DNA from: an uncultured Gemmatimonadales bacterium
GTDB lineage: Bacteria > Gemmatimonadota > Gemmatimonadetes > Gemmatimonadales > GWC2-71-9
Reading direction: 5' to 3'
Assembly (NCBI GenBank): GCA_963844035.1
Contig: CAWJMT010000035.1
Location: forward strand, 32,001 to 96,000
DNA length: 64,000 nucleotides
The notes under the pieces were generated by a model that saw nothing but the letters and a program-made list of their open reading frames with translations, had not been told where the DNA came from and ran no database searches. Shown in pieces: positions 1-10,192 of the stretch (positions are counted from its first letter, which is position 1; every line of letters begins with the position of its first letter). The position numbers and the translations under genes were made by a program.

Positions 1-1
1 C

Positions 2-481
2 CGCCATGAAGGTCTTGAGTGGGCGAAGGTACAGGCAAGGCTGGAGGCGAGTCCTGACAAGCTCTGGTCGCTCAATGAAATGGAACGGAGCGGCGGTGAG
101 CCGGACGTTGTGGGCCATGACAAGAAGACGGGCGAATACGTCTTCTATGATTGTTCGGCGCAAAGTCCCAAGGACCGCAGAAGTGTGTGCTACGACCGGA
201 AGGCGCTCGAGGCACGGAAAGAAAACAAACCGAAGAACAGCGCTCTCGACATGGCCGCGAGCATGGGTATTGAGCTGCTAACGGAAGAGCAATATCGCGA
301 GCTGCAGAAGCATGGAAAATTCGACACCACGACATCGAGCTGGATCGTAACGCCTGCGGATATCAGAAAACTCGGTGGCGCCCTCTTTTGCGACTACCGC
401 TATGACACCGTCTTCGTGTATCACAACGGTGCCGACTCCTACTATGCCGCCCGGGGGTTCCGTGGCTCGCTGAGGGTCTAG
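2..481 (+). CDS. DUF4256 family protein (5' partial)
   Basis: Frame open from window edge (RHEGLEWAKVQARLE...NEMERSGGEPDVV...YHNGADSYYAARGFRGSLRV), typical DUF4256 sequence. Confidence 0.85.
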   Translation, partial: RHEGLEWAKVQARLEASPDKLWSLNEMERSGGEPDVVGHDKKTGEYVFYDCSAQSPKDRRSVCYDRKALEARKENKPKNSALDMAASMGIELLTEEQYRELQKHGKFDTTTSSWIVTPADIRKLGGALFCDYRYDTVFVYHNGADSYYAARGFRGSLRV

Positions 482-485
482 CCCC

Positions 486-1101
486 ATCCCCCTCCCTCTA
501 CTCATCGCTTTCGCCGGCAGCTTTTTCCTGGTGGCACTGTCCCCGGGCCTGTGCATGACCCTGTCGATGTCGCTGGGCATCAGCATCGGCCCGCGCCGCG
601 CCCTGTGGATGATGGCCGGCGAGCTCGCCGGCATCGCCCTGGTCGGGGCGTCCGCGGTAGCTCGGCGTGGCTGCCCTCCTCCTCGCAGCGCCGACGGTCT
701 TTGCGGTCTTCAAATGGATTGGCGCGGCGTACCTGCTCTACATGGGGTGGCAGACCTGGCGCGCCGAGCCGATGCTGCCCGAGCAGGTGGCGGGCGACAA
801 CGGGCGCACCCGCTCCTCGCTGATCGTGCAGGGATTCATCACCGCGGTGTCGAATCCCAAGGCCTGGGCGTTCAATGTCGCGCTGCTGCCGCCGTTCATC
901 GACCAGAGTCGGCCCTTGGCGCCGCAGCTGCTCACCATGCTTGCCGTGATGGTGATCATCGAATTCACCTGCCTGCAGGTTTACGCCCACGGCGGAAGAA
1001 TGCTCAGCGACCAGTTGCACCGCCGCGGTAAGGCACGCTGGCTCAACCGCATCGCCGGCAGCCTGATGGTGGGGGTTGGATTCTGGCTGGCGCTGGGGTG
1101 A
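486..1101 (+). CDS. LysE/RhtB family translocator (frameshift near 660; start uncertain)
   Basis: VALSPG N-terminal motif, KWIGAAYLLYMG, GFITAVSNPK; split across ORFs 531.. and 667..1101. Confidence 0.85.
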
Positions 1102-1104
1102 AGG

Positions 1105-1509
1105 CTACCCCAGGCTCGGCCGCATTCCCAGCCCGTGGATGGTCGCGCCCGGCAACCGCCGGCTCTCAGGACGCAACGCCCACGACACCGCCACCACCAC
1201 CGCGATCGCCAGCGGCGCAGCGGCGTGCCACCACGCGCCACCGGTCGCGATCGAGGTGTACGCCGCGCCGGTCAGGTCGATCATGATCCCCATGTACGCC
1301 CACTCCTTGATCAGTGGAAACCCCGGCACCAGGATCGCGATCGAGCCCAGCACCTTCCACCAGCCGAGCAGCACGATGAAGTGGACCGGGAACCCCAGCG
1401 CGACAACGCCCTGGACCACGTCCGGCACCTTCATGGCGTACGCCAGCCCGCCCGACCCGATGAAGAACGCGACCAGCACGGTGCACACCCAGTAAACAAC
1501 CCGCTTCAT
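1105..1509 (-). CDS. DoxX-like family membrane protein
   Basis: LGFPVHFIVLLGWWKVLG...KEWAYMG motifs, four hydrophobic segments. Confidence 0.85.
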   Translation of the reverse strand: MKRVVYWVCTVLVAFFIGSGGLAYAMKVPDVVQGVVALGFPVHFIVLLGWWKVLGSIAILVPGFPLIKEWAYMGIMIDLTGAAYTSIATGGAWWHAAAPLAIAVVVAVSWALRPESRRLPGATIHGLGMRPSLG

Positions 1510-1539
1510 GTCACACCTCCACGGTTCATCACGTTCCTA

Positions 1540-2442
1540 CTACTTCGGGGTCGAATGGGTCGCGCCGTTGAGAAAGGGCAGGACCGTAGTGGCCAGGATC
1601 GGGGCGGCGCCGATCTCATAGTGCGTCAAGTCCGGCAGAATGGCGAGCCGGTTGGTGGACATGTGCTCGCGCATCCACCCGGCGTCCCTCAAACCCCCGC
1701 CGAGCAGCTGGTAGAACGAGACGATGTGCTCGGGACGCATCATGTCGGCGTCGCCGTACACCAGCATGACCGGCATGGTGAGCTGCTTCACGCTGGCCGA
1801 CCAGTCGTAGGGCTGCCGCATGTATTCGCCCATCGCGTCGAGCAGCCGCGGGAAGTCCTGAGGACGCGGCGCGATCGCTACGTAAGACTTGTACATCGGG
1901 GAGTCCTTCATCGCATCAGCCATGGCGGCACCCACCGCGGCCTGTTGCGGCAGCATTTCGGGGAAAAATCCGTTCTGCGCGTACGGCGTGGACACGAGCA
2001 CCAGCCGGCGGACCAGCGTGGGATACTGCACGGCGAGCTGGAACGCCGCGCCGCCACCGAACGAGTAGCCCATCGCGTCCACCTGCCGCAGGCCGAGCTT
2101 CTGGACCACTAGCCCCAAGTCGCGGCCGATGTCCACCAGGCTGATCTTCCGGGTGCCGAGCGCGGTGTGGCCGTGACCGTGCAGATCGACGCCGATCACA
2201 CGGCGGGTTTCGGCGAGTTTGGTGAGCACCGGGCCGAACAGCCCGGTCGAAAACAGCCCACCGTGCAGCAGCAGCAACGGCTCACCTTTCCCTCTGATCT
2301 CGAACCAATAGTCCACGCCGTTGGCGGCGACGTAGCCGCTCGTATCCGGCTTGGCGACAGGTTGCTGCGCCTGGACAGCGGCCGCCGCACCAGCCGTGAC
2401 AATGGCGGCAGCGATGAATGCGATGTGGGATCGGCGGGTCAT
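1540..2442 (-). CDS. Secreted alpha/beta hydrolase
   Basis: Signal peptide, LLLHGG, GYSFGG nucleophile elbow, GDAD, TH near C-terminus. Confidence 0.9.
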   Translation of the reverse strand: MTRRSHIAFIAAAIVTAGAAAAVQAQQPVAKPDTSGYVAANGVDYWFEIRGKGEPLLLLHGGLFSTGLFGPVLTKLAETRRVIGVDLHGHGHTALGTRKISLVDIGRDLGLVVQKLGLRQVDAMGYSFGGGAAFQLAVQYPTLVRRLVLVSTPYAQNGFFPEMLPQQAAVGAAMADAMKDSPMYKSYVAIAPRPQDFPRLLDAMGEYMRQPYDWSASVKQLTMPVMLVYGDADMMRPEHIVSFYQLLGGGLRDAGWMREHMSTNRLAILPDLTHYEIGAAPILATTVLPFLNGATHSTPK

Positions 2443-2555
2443 GATCGGCTCCTTGATCGGTTTGGGCGCGCCTGATTGCGCGCTCTACCAGCACGACGAA
2501 CGAAGGGCAGGGAAATCGACTGGCGGAGCGGTACTCGTGCGATAACATTGCAGTT

Positions 2556-3026
2556 GTGCCTCCGCATTCGCGCCCTCCGGAGCCGTACGTGCTTCCCCAG
2601 CCGGTGGTGGTGGACGGCCTGGCGGTGCGCACCAGCAACCCCGACGAAGCCCAGCCTGACCGCGCCAGGATCCCGGTATTGTGGGAGCGCTTCTACAATG
2701 AGGGCCACTCCGCCGCGGTGGAAGGTGCGGTATACGGCGTGTACTCCGAGTATGCGACCGATGCGTCGGGGCCTTACACACTGGTCGTCGGTGGTGCGAG
2801 CGACGCCGGGTCTCCGGTGCCACCCCTCACACGTGTGACGATCCCCGCCGGGCGGTATCTGGCCTTCACGAGCGCGGGCGAAGTCCCGGCGGCTGTGGTC
2901 GCCGGCTGGCAGGCCGTGTGGGAGTATTTCTCGCGTCCTGGGGCGCCGCGGCGGGCGTTCACAACGGACTTTGAGCTCTACGACCCGGCCACCCTGTATG
3001 AGGTGCGTATCTGCATCGCAGTGTAG
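2556..3026 (+). CDS. GyrI-like small-molecule/effector-binding protein
   Basis: GLAVRTSN, YGVYSEY, IPAGRY, WQAVWEYF, RAFTTDFELY. Confidence 0.85.
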   Translation: MPPHSRPPEPYVLPQPVVVDGLAVRTSNPDEAQPDRARIPVLWERFYNEGHSAAVEGAVYGVYSEYATDASGPYTLVVGGASDAGSPVPPLTRVTIPAGRYLAFTSAGEVPAAVVAGWQAVWEYFSRPGAPRRAFTTDFELYDPATLYEVRICIAV

Positions 3027-3035
3027 CGTTTGCGA

Positions 3036-3851
3036 CTACGGCACGCGCGCGCTCACGACCGGCACCATCCACACCGCATAGCCTAAGGGGTCGCGGATAT
3101 TGGCGATCATCTGATTGAAGTAGGCTGTCGCCTCCTCGCGGGTGAACCGCGTCAGGGCAGCCACCGACTCCGCATAGCCGTCCCGCCACGCTTCGATGAC
3201 CGTCGCGAAGGTGTCGCGCGGCACGCGCAACGTGTCGACGACCACGTAGTCCATGGTGATGTTCGTGCAGCCGAGACTTGCCAGAATGCCAGAAGCGCTG
3301 CGCCCGACGAACAGATCGGTCCCGGTCGCCTCACCAAATTTGGCGGGGACCTCGTGCCAAAAGTCGCGAGGGTCGAGCGCGCCGCGTTGGAAGTGGAGCA
3401 TCCCATAGTCCTCAGGGATCAGGTGCAGGCGCCCCCCTGGGCGCGTCACGCGCGCCAGCTCGCCGAGCACCCGGTCGGGATGCGGGATGGAATGGATCAC
3501 GTGGCGGCACACGGTCAGGTCGAATGTGCGATCGGCGGCCTCGATCTCGAAGATGCTCTGGTGCTCGAACGTCAACCGGGGCGCCAGCCGTGCATAGCGC
3601 GATCGCGCCAGGTCCAGGTGCGGGTCCAGAATATCGACCCCAAGTACGCGGGCGCGCGGAAACAGCTCGGCCAGCCGGGACGAGACTTCTCCGGTGCCGC
3701 ATCCGGCGTCGAGGATGGAGATGTTGTCCGGCAGGGCATAGCGGCGGATCAGCTCGACCTCCTGGGGCCAGATGGCGAGCGCCTGTGCCGCGAGATTGCG
3801 CACCATCGATTCGTCGGCCATCTGCTTCGCCTGGGGATTGAGATCCGTCAC
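3036..3851 (-). CDS. Class I SAM-dependent methyltransferase
   Basis: ILDAGCGTG motif I, FDLTVCRHV, RVTRPGG. Confidence 0.9.
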   Translation of the reverse strand: MTDLNPQAKQMADESMVRNLAAQALAIWPQEVELIRRYALPDNISILDAGCGTGEVSSRLAELFPRARVLGVDILDPHLDLARSRYARLAPRLTFEHQSIFEIEAADRTFDLTVCRHVIHSIPHPDRVLGELARVTRPGGRLHLIPEDYGMLHFQRGALDPRDFWHEVPAKFGEATGTDLFVGRSASGILASLGCTNITMDYVVVDTLRVPRDTFATVIEAWRDGYAESVAALTRFTREEATAYFNQMIANIRDPLGYAVWMVPVVSARVP

Positions 3852-3989
3852 GGATGCTCCTCGCTACGGGGAGGCGGCGTATTCGGGATTGTCAGCCACC
3901 TACGTGCGAATGTACCCCGCGGTTCCTTAACGAGCGGAAGTAGCTCTTCACCCTAGCGTCTCCCGCCCCCGCGCTGAATGTTTCATCGC

Positions 3990-5363
3990 ATGACCCAGCA
4001 CAAATTCCTCCTCGACGAAACGCACCTTCCCAAGGCCTGGTACAACATCAACGCGGACATGCCCGTGGCACCGGCGCCGGTGCTGCACCCGGGCACGATG
4101 CAACCGGTCACCCCGGACTTCCTTGCGGTGTTGTTTCCGATGGGCCTCATCATGCAGGAGGTGAGCGCAGAGCGCTGGATCGAGATTCCGGAGCCGGTGC
4201 GGGAGGTGTACCGCCTGTGGCGCCCCACGCCGCTGCATCGCGCGGTGCGTCTCGAGAAGGCGCTCGATACGCCGGCCCACATCTACTACAAGTACGAAGG
4301 CGTCTCACCGGTCGGCTCGCACAAGCCCAACACCGCCGTGGCCCAGGCGTTCTACAACAAGCAGGAGGGCGTGAATGCCCTGACGACCGAGACCGGGGCG
4401 GGGCAGTGGGGGAGCGCGCTTGCGATGGCGTGCACCTTCTTCGACATCGACCTCGAAGTCTTCATGGTGAAGGTGTCGTACCACCAGAAGCCGTACCGCC
4501 GCATGATCATGGAGAACTATGGTGCGACGGTGTACGCGAGCCCCACCGACCGCACCCAGTACGGCCGCCGGCTGCTGGGCGAGGACCCCACGTCCAACGG
4601 ATCCCTGGGCATCGCCATCTCCGAGGCCGTCGAAGCCGCCGCGAGCAGCGGCGGGGCCAAGAAATACAGCCTCGGCTCGGTGCTGAATTTCGTGCTGATG
4701 CACCAGACGGTGATCGGGCTCGAGGCGCTCGAGCAGCTGGCGATGGCGGGGGAATATCCGGATATCGTGATCGGCTGTGCCGGCGGGGGATCGAACTTCG
4801 GCGGATTTGCGTATCCGTTCCTGCACAAGAATCTGACCGAGAAGAAGACGACCAAAGTCATTGCGGTGGAACCCGCATCATGCCCGTCGCTCACGAAGGG
4901 GAAGTACACCTTCGACTACGGCGACACTGCCGCCATGGCGCCGATCGTCAAGATGCATACCCTCGGCCACACCTTCATGCCCCCCGGGATCCACGCGGGC
5001 GGCCTGCGCTACCACGGGATGGCGCCGAGTGTCAGCGCCCTGGTGGCGAGCGGCCACATAGAAGCGCGCGCGGTGCAGCAGCTCACGACGTTCGACGCCG
5101 CCGTGCAGTTTTCCCGCGCGGAAGGGATCATTCCCGCCCCGGAATCCGCGCACGCGATTCGGGTCGCGATCGATGAGGCGCTGCGCTGCAAGCGGGAGGG
5201 GAAGAAGCGGGTGATCGCGTTCAACCTGTCGGGGCACGGTCACTTCGACATGACCGCTTACGAGGCCTATCACCAGGGGAAGCTCGAGGACTACGAGTAC
5301 CCGACGGCACTGGTGGCGGAGGCGATGAAGCATCTGCCGCAAGTGCCGGCGGGAATGACCTGA
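3990..5363 (+). CDS. trpB2: TrpB2 (stand-alone tryptophan synthase beta-like PLP enzyme)
   Basis: [11 protein letters not shown] lysine, [35 protein letters not shown]. Confidence 0.95.
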   Translation: MTQHKFLLDETHLPKAWYNINADMPVAPAPVLHPGTMQPVTPDFLAVLFPMGLIMQEVSAERWIEIPEPVREVYRLWRPTPLHRAVRLEKALDTPAHIYYKYEGVSPVGSHKPNTAVAQAFYNKQEGVNALTTETGAGQWGSALAMACTFFDIDLEVFMVKVSYHQKPYRRMIMENYGATVYASPTDRTQYGRRLLGEDPTSNGSLGIAISEAVEAAASSGGAKKYSLGSVLNFVLMHQTVIGLEALEQLAMAGEYPDIVIGCAGGGSNFGGFAYPFLHKNLTEKKTTKVIAVEPASCPSLTKGKYTFDYGDTAAMAPIVKMHTLGHTFMPPGIHAGGLRYHGMAPSVSALVASGHIEARAVQQLTTFDAAVQFSRAEGIIPAPESAHAIRVAIDEALRCKREGKKRVIAFNLSGHGHFDMTAYEAYHQGKLEDYEYPTALVAEAMKHLPQVPAGMT

Positions 5364-5390
5364 CGTTCCTGCTTCAGCGGGAGCGCCGAG

Positions 5391-5408
5391 CCGCGGGTTT
5401 ACCCGCGG
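5391..5408. terminator. Hairpin between convergent trpB2 and suhB
   Basis: CCGCGGGT-TT-ACCCGCGG inverted repeat; no clear U-tract. Confidence 0.4.
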
Positions 5409-5442
5409 ACTCAGTCCTCGTACCCTCCTTTTCGATTGTCCA

Positions 5443-6234
5443 TCACGCCGCGCGAAGCAGATCCATCAGCCAGCGATGCAGCGTCGGGTTCCCAGCCACA
5501 ATCGACCCGCCGCCTAACACGTCGGGCTTTCCGTCGAGCGTCGTGATGATCCCTCCCGCCTCGCGGACCAGTACCACGCCCCCTGCGACGTCCCACGGCG
5601 CGAGACTCAACTCCCAAAACGCATCGAGCCGTCCCGCTGCCAGATCCGCGAGATCGAGCGCGGCCGCACCAGCCCGGCGGATCCCGCTCGACGCCCCCAT
5701 GACCGCGGCGAACTGATGGAGATAGCGCTGCAGCGTGTCGAGACGTTTGAACGGAAATCCGGTGCCCACCAACGCATGGCGGGGCTCGTTGACGCTCGAG
5801 ACCGCCAGACGCTGGTCACCCATCCAGGCGCCCAGGCCTCTCCCCCCGCGGCAGCGTCACGTTGCGCGTGACGTCGTGCACCACGCCCACGCACAGGTCA
5901 CCTTCCACCAGGCAGCCGATCGACACCGCGTATTGCGGATAGCCGTGGAGGTAGTTGGTCGGTGCCGTCGAGCGGATCCACCACCCACACGACCTCGCCC
6001 GCCAGCGTGGCGCGCGGCGTGAGCTCCTCCCCCACGACCTTCGAGCCGGGGGACGCGGCGGGCCAGCACCTCGACGATGATCGCTTCCGCCGCGCGGTCG
6101 ACGCCGGTGACGAAGTCGTGCGTGCTCTTCTCCGTCCACTCGTGGCGATCGGGGCGCGGAGCCGCTCGCAAATACGCCCCGGCCCGCTCCGCGGCCTCCA
6201 CCGCCGCATCGACTAAGTCTTTGATTTCTCGCAC
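5443..6234 (-). CDS. suhB: Inositol monophosphatase (several indels)
   Basis: DFVTGVD, VVGEE, WVVDPLDGT, TNYLHGYP, RRAGAAALDL, WDVAGG across three frames. Confidence 0.9.
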
Positions 6235-6273
6235 CTTGCGGCACCCCACCCGAGTCTCGTAGGTTGTCAGCCC

Positions 6274-7272
6274 ATGGCACGCGTCTTCTCCGGCATCCAG
6301 CCCTCTGGTGAGCTGCACATCGGTAACTACCTGGGCGCGGTCCAGAACTGGGTCAAGCTCCAGCAGCAGCACGACTGTCTTTTCAGCGTGGTTGACCAGC
6401 ACGCGATCACACAGGCGTACGATGCCTCATCGCTGTCCCAGCGCACGCTGGAGATGGCGATCGGACTGCTCGGCGCGGGGCTCGACCCGCAGCGTTGCAC
6501 CCTGTTCGTGCAGTCGCACGTCGCGGAGCACACCGAGCTGAACTGGTACCTCAACACCGTGACGCCGCTTGGCGAGCTCGAGCGTCAGACCCAGTTCAAG
6601 GACAAGGCGCAGCGCCAGGAGAGCGTCCCGGCCGGTTTGTTGAACTACCCTGTCCTGCAGGCCGCGGACGTGCTGCTCTACGAAGCCACCCTGGTGCCGG
6701 TCGGTGAGGACCAGGTGCAACACTTGGAGCTGATGCGGGAGATCGCGCGGCGCTGGAACGCTCGCTTCAGCGACGGGACGGGGTTCGCGTTCCCGGAGCC
6801 GCAGGCGCTGCTGACGACCGCCAAACGGGTCCTCGGTCTCAACGGCCAGGCGAAGATGTCGAAGAGCCTCGGCAACACCATCGGCTTGCTCGAGTCGCCC
6901 GAAGCGATCTGGGAGAAGCTCAGGCCCGCGGCGACCGATCCGGCGCGGGTCAAGAAGACGGATCCCGGGAACCCCGACATCTGCAACATCTTTACGATCC
7001 ACCAGGGCTTCTCACCCGCCGACGTACAGAAGACGGTGGCGCATAACTGCCGGACCGCCGGGTGGGGCTGCATCGACTGCAAGCGCGTATTGGCGGATAA
7101 CATGATAGCGGGGCTCACGCCGATCCGCGAGCGGGCAGCGGCGCTGCGCGCCGAGCCGCAGCGAGTCACCGACATCTTGAAGGCGGGAGCGGCGAAAGCG
7201 CGCGCGGTGGCACGGCGGACCTTGACCCAGGTACGGCAGCGGATGGGATTCCTCGAAGGGGCCGAGCCGTAA
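6274..7272 (+). CDS. trpS: Tryptophan--tRNA ligase
   Basis: SGIQPSG, HIGN, VPVGEDQ, KMSKS. Confidence 0.97.
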   Translation: MARVFSGIQPSGELHIGNYLGAVQNWVKLQQQHDCLFSVVDQHAITQAYDASSLSQRTLEMAIGLLGAGLDPQRCTLFVQSHVAEHTELNWYLNTVTPLGELERQTQFKDKAQRQESVPAGLLNYPVLQAADVLLYEATLVPVGEDQVQHLELMREIARRWNARFSDGTGFAFPEPQALLTTAKRVLGLNGQAKMSKSLGNTIGLLESPEAIWEKLRPAATDPARVKKTDPGNPDICNIFTIHQGFSPADVQKTVAHNCRTAGWGCIDCKRVLADNMIAGLTPIRERAAALRAEPQRVTDILKAGAAKARAVARRTLTQVRQRMGFLEGAEP

Positions 7273-7949
7273 TGCCCGAAGTCATCCGCCAGGTCGCCGA
7301 GACGCTGCAGCTCGGGCTGCTCCTCAAGCTTGGGCTGGCCACACTGCTCGGCGGCGCGATCGGACTGGAGCGCGAGCTCAGCGGCAAACCGGCGGGCCTC
7401 CGCACCAATATCCTGATCTGCATCGGCGCGACCCTGTTCACCGTCGTGTCGATCCACATGATGGCGCTGGGGGGCGGGGTCGATGCCTCCCGGATTCCCT
7501 CCCAGATCGTCACAGGGGTCGGCTTCATCGGCGCCGGGGCGATTCTCCATGCCCGCGGCGCGGTCACGGGTCTCACCAGCGCAGCGACCATCTGGGTTGT
7601 GGCGGCGATCGGCATGGCGCTCGGCGCCGCCGCGTATGTCGAAGCCGTCGGTACCACCTTGCTCGTGACGCTGGTGCTGTGGGGACTCCGCTCGGTCGAG
7701 CACTTCGTCGCCCGCCAGTCGACCAGGAGCCATGTGCTGATCCACGCCCGCCCCGAGGAGAAGGCCCCAGAGGAGCTCGAGGCGCTGGTGCGGCGTTCCG
7801 GCCTCGACGTGGACCGGTGCGTCGTGCGTCACGAGAACGTGGACCTCGTCGTGGAGCTGGAGCTGCGGGGCCCGAAGCGCCTGCACGACCAGGCGATGCT
7901 GTCGCTGCTGCACCACCCGGGCGTGCGGACGGTGTCCACCGGAGAGTGA
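7272..7949 (+). CDS. MgtC/SapB family protein with C-terminal ACT-like domain
   Basis: IGLERE, AGLRTNILI, SQIVTGVGFIGAGAI, GLTSAATIW. Confidence 0.9.
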   Translation: MPEVIRQVAETLQLGLLLKLGLATLLGGAIGLERELSGKPAGLRTNILICIGATLFTVVSIHMMALGGGVDASRIPSQIVTGVGFIGAGAILHARGAVTGLTSAATIWVVAAIGMALGAAAYVEAVGTTLLVTLVLWGLRSVEHFVARQSTRSHVLIHARPEEKAPEELEALVRRSGLDVDRCVVRHENVDLVVELELRGPKRLHDQAMLSLLHHPGVRTVSTGE

Positions 7950-8974
7950 TGCGACGCCTGGTCGTCGATCTCGCGTCGGCGGGGACCGCTTGGCGAGTGC
8001 CGCCGGCGTCGCTCCAGGCCATTCGCGACGCGCTCGGCGCGGGCTGGGACGTGGTGGAGGTGGTGGCCCCGGCGACGACCGAAGGGGACGGCGTCCTCGG
8101 GACTCCCGAAGCCGAGGCCGCCGCCCGCGGGGCGGAGGTGTACTTCGGCTACGGCGTGCCCGCCGGTGTGGCAACGGCCGCCCGCGCGACCCTGCGGTGG
8201 GCGCATAGCGGGACGGCCGGTGTCGGGTCGGCCCTGCGCGCCCTCGCCGGTACCGGCATCATCCTCACCAACTCCGCTGCCATGCACGCCGAGCCGACCG
8301 CCGACTGGGTGATTGCCAGCATCGCGTATTTCGCGCGTGCGCTCGACCGGATGCGGCAGGCCCAGAGCGAGCACCGCTGGACCCGGGACGAGTTTACCGA
8401 GCTGCGCGAGCCGGTGGTCGAGCTCGCCGACGTACGCGTCGGAGTGTTCGGGCTCGGCGGGATCGGCAGCGCGGTGGCACGGCGGGCGCTGGCGCTCGGC
8501 ATGGCGGTCGCCGGCGTGCGCCGGCGTCCGGAGTTGGGTGGTCCGGCGGGCGTGCGCTGGGTGGGCGGGCTCGCCGATCTGGCGCGGCTCGCCGCCGAGA
8601 GTGATTGCCTGGTGATCGCGGCCCCGCAGACTCGCGAGACGGCGGGAGCGATCGATGGTCGTATCCTGGACCGTCTTCCCAATGGCGCCGTGGTCATCAA
8701 CGTGTCGCGCGGGCAGCTCCTGCCGGAGGATGGCCTGCTGCGCGCCCTGGACAGTGGCCGCCTGCGGGGCGCCGCCCTGGACGTGTTCGCGACCGAGCCG
8801 CTGCCGCCCGGGCATCGCTTCTGGGACCATCCGCGGGTCCTGATCAGCCCGCACGCCGCCGCCGTGTCGTCGCGCTTCTGGGAGCGCGAGACCGGTCTCA
8901 TCCTCGAGAACGTGCGGCGCTATCTTGCAGGGGCACCGTTGCTCAACGTCGTGGACCAGGAGGCCGGTTACTGA
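7949..8974 (+). CDS. D-2-hydroxyacid dehydrogenase
   Basis: GLGGIG Rossmann, INVSRG, ALDVFATEP, SPH; ATG overlaps mgtC stop. Confidence 0.9.
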   Translation: MRRLVVDLASAGTAWRVPPASLQAIRDALGAGWDVVEVVAPATTEGDGVLGTPEAEAAARGAEVYFGYGVPAGVATAARATLRWAHSGTAGVGSALRALAGTGIILTNSAAMHAEPTADWVIASIAYFARALDRMRQAQSEHRWTRDEFTELREPVVELADVRVGVFGLGGIGSAVARRALALGMAVAGVRRRPELGGPAGVRWVGGLADLARLAAESDCLVIAAPQTRETAGAIDGRILDRLPNGAVVINVSRGQLLPEDGLLRALDSGRLRGAALDVFATEPLPPGHRFWDHPRVLISPHAAAVSSRFWERETGLILENVRRYLAGAPLLNVVDQEAGY

Positions 8975-9033
8975 TGGATCACCCGAAATCCCCGGCGCGC
9001 TCGAGCGTCCAGGTGAGCGGTCCGCATGGCGGG

Positions 9034-10182
9034 ATGGAGAAGATCATCAAGGTCGCGATCGACCGCGGGGCGTCCGACGTGCACATCAAGGCCGGGGACG
9101 TGTTTCGCGCCCGCATCGACGGCAAGCTGGTGCCCCTCACCAAGCAGCGGCTCACGCCCGAGCAGACGAGGGCTATCGCCCTGCGGCTGATGCCGAACCA
9201 GGACGACCAGGCGAATATCGACCGCCTCCGCGACTACGACTGCTCCTGGGGCATGCCCGGGGTCGGGCGCTTCCGGGTCAACATTCTGCGCCAGCGGTCG
9301 TCGTTCATGATCGTGATGCGGGTGATTCCGTTCGAGGTGCCGTCGTTCGAATCGCTCCAACTGCCCGCCGTTCTCCAGGCCGTCGCATCGGCGGAGCGCG
9401 GCCTGGTGCTGGTCACGGGACCGACAGGGTCGGGGAAGAGCTCCACGATGGCCGCGATGGTCAACCACATCAACCAGAACGCGCAGCGACACATCGTGAC
9501 GCTCGAAAGCCCGATCGAATTCCTCCATCGGGATTTCAAGTCGTCGGTCACCCAGCGGGAGATCGGCGTCGATACCGACGATTACGGCCGAGGTCTGCGG
9601 GCAGCGCTGCGCCAGGATCCCGACGTCGTGTTGGTCGGGGATCTGCGCGATGCGTCTATCGTCGAGACGGTGCTCAAGGCCGCCGAGACCGGGCACCTCG
9701 TCATCTCCGCGATGGACACGCCCGATGTGCGAACCACGATCGCGCGGGTGATCTCCATGTTTCACGTCGACGATCAGGACGCGGCCCGCCGGCGGCTGGC
9801 GGATTCGCTCCACGCGATCGTCTCGCAGCGCCTGGTGCCCCGGGCTGACGGCCACGGGAGAGTCGTCGTGGCGGAGGTGCTCGTATGCACGGGCACCGCT
9901 CGGGACATGATACGGGGCGCGACGCACACCCCCGAGCTCCCGGGTTACATGCGCACCGCGCGCGAGACGCATGGCACCCAGACCTTCGATCAGCACCTGG
10001 TGGATCTCGTTGCGGCGGGGGTTGTGACACACGAGGCCGCGTTGACCGCGGCTGGGAACCGGGCGGAGGTCGAGCAGCAGATCCGTACGCTGCCGCGCCG
10101 GCTGCCTCATCCGGCGGACCGCGCCGAGAGCACACCCGCCCCGATTCTGGAAGACCTGTCAAGCATTCTGCCCAGCGACTGA
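9034..10182 (+). CDS. PilT/PilU family ATPase with degenerate motifs (alternative start 8974)
   Basis: ASDVHI, RFRVNI, GPTGSGKSST, QREIG, ALRQDPD, AETGHL, SQRL, QTFDQHL. Confidence 0.9.
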   Translation: MEKIIKVAIDRGASDVHIKAGDVFRARIDGKLVPLTKQRLTPEQTRAIALRLMPNQDDQANIDRLRDYDCSWGMPGVGRFRVNILRQRSSFMIVMRVIPFEVPSFESLQLPAVLQAVASAERGLVLVTGPTGSGKSSTMAAMVNHINQNAQRHIVTLESPIEFLHRDFKSSVTQREIGVDTDDYGRGLRAALRQDPDVVLVGDLRDASIVETVLKAAETGHLVISAMDTPDVRTTIARVISMFHVDDQDAARRRLADSLHAIVSQRLVPRADGHGRVVVAEVLVCTGTARDMIRGATHTPELPGYMRTARETHGTQTFDQHLVDLVAAGVVTHEAALTAAGNRAEVEQQIRTLPRRLPHPADRAESTPAPILEDLSSILPSD

Positions 10183-10192
10183 GCCCTACCGC

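Noticed and set aside
6235..6273. T-box leaders for trpS or glyQS
   Set aside because: No intergenic room; both look leaderless
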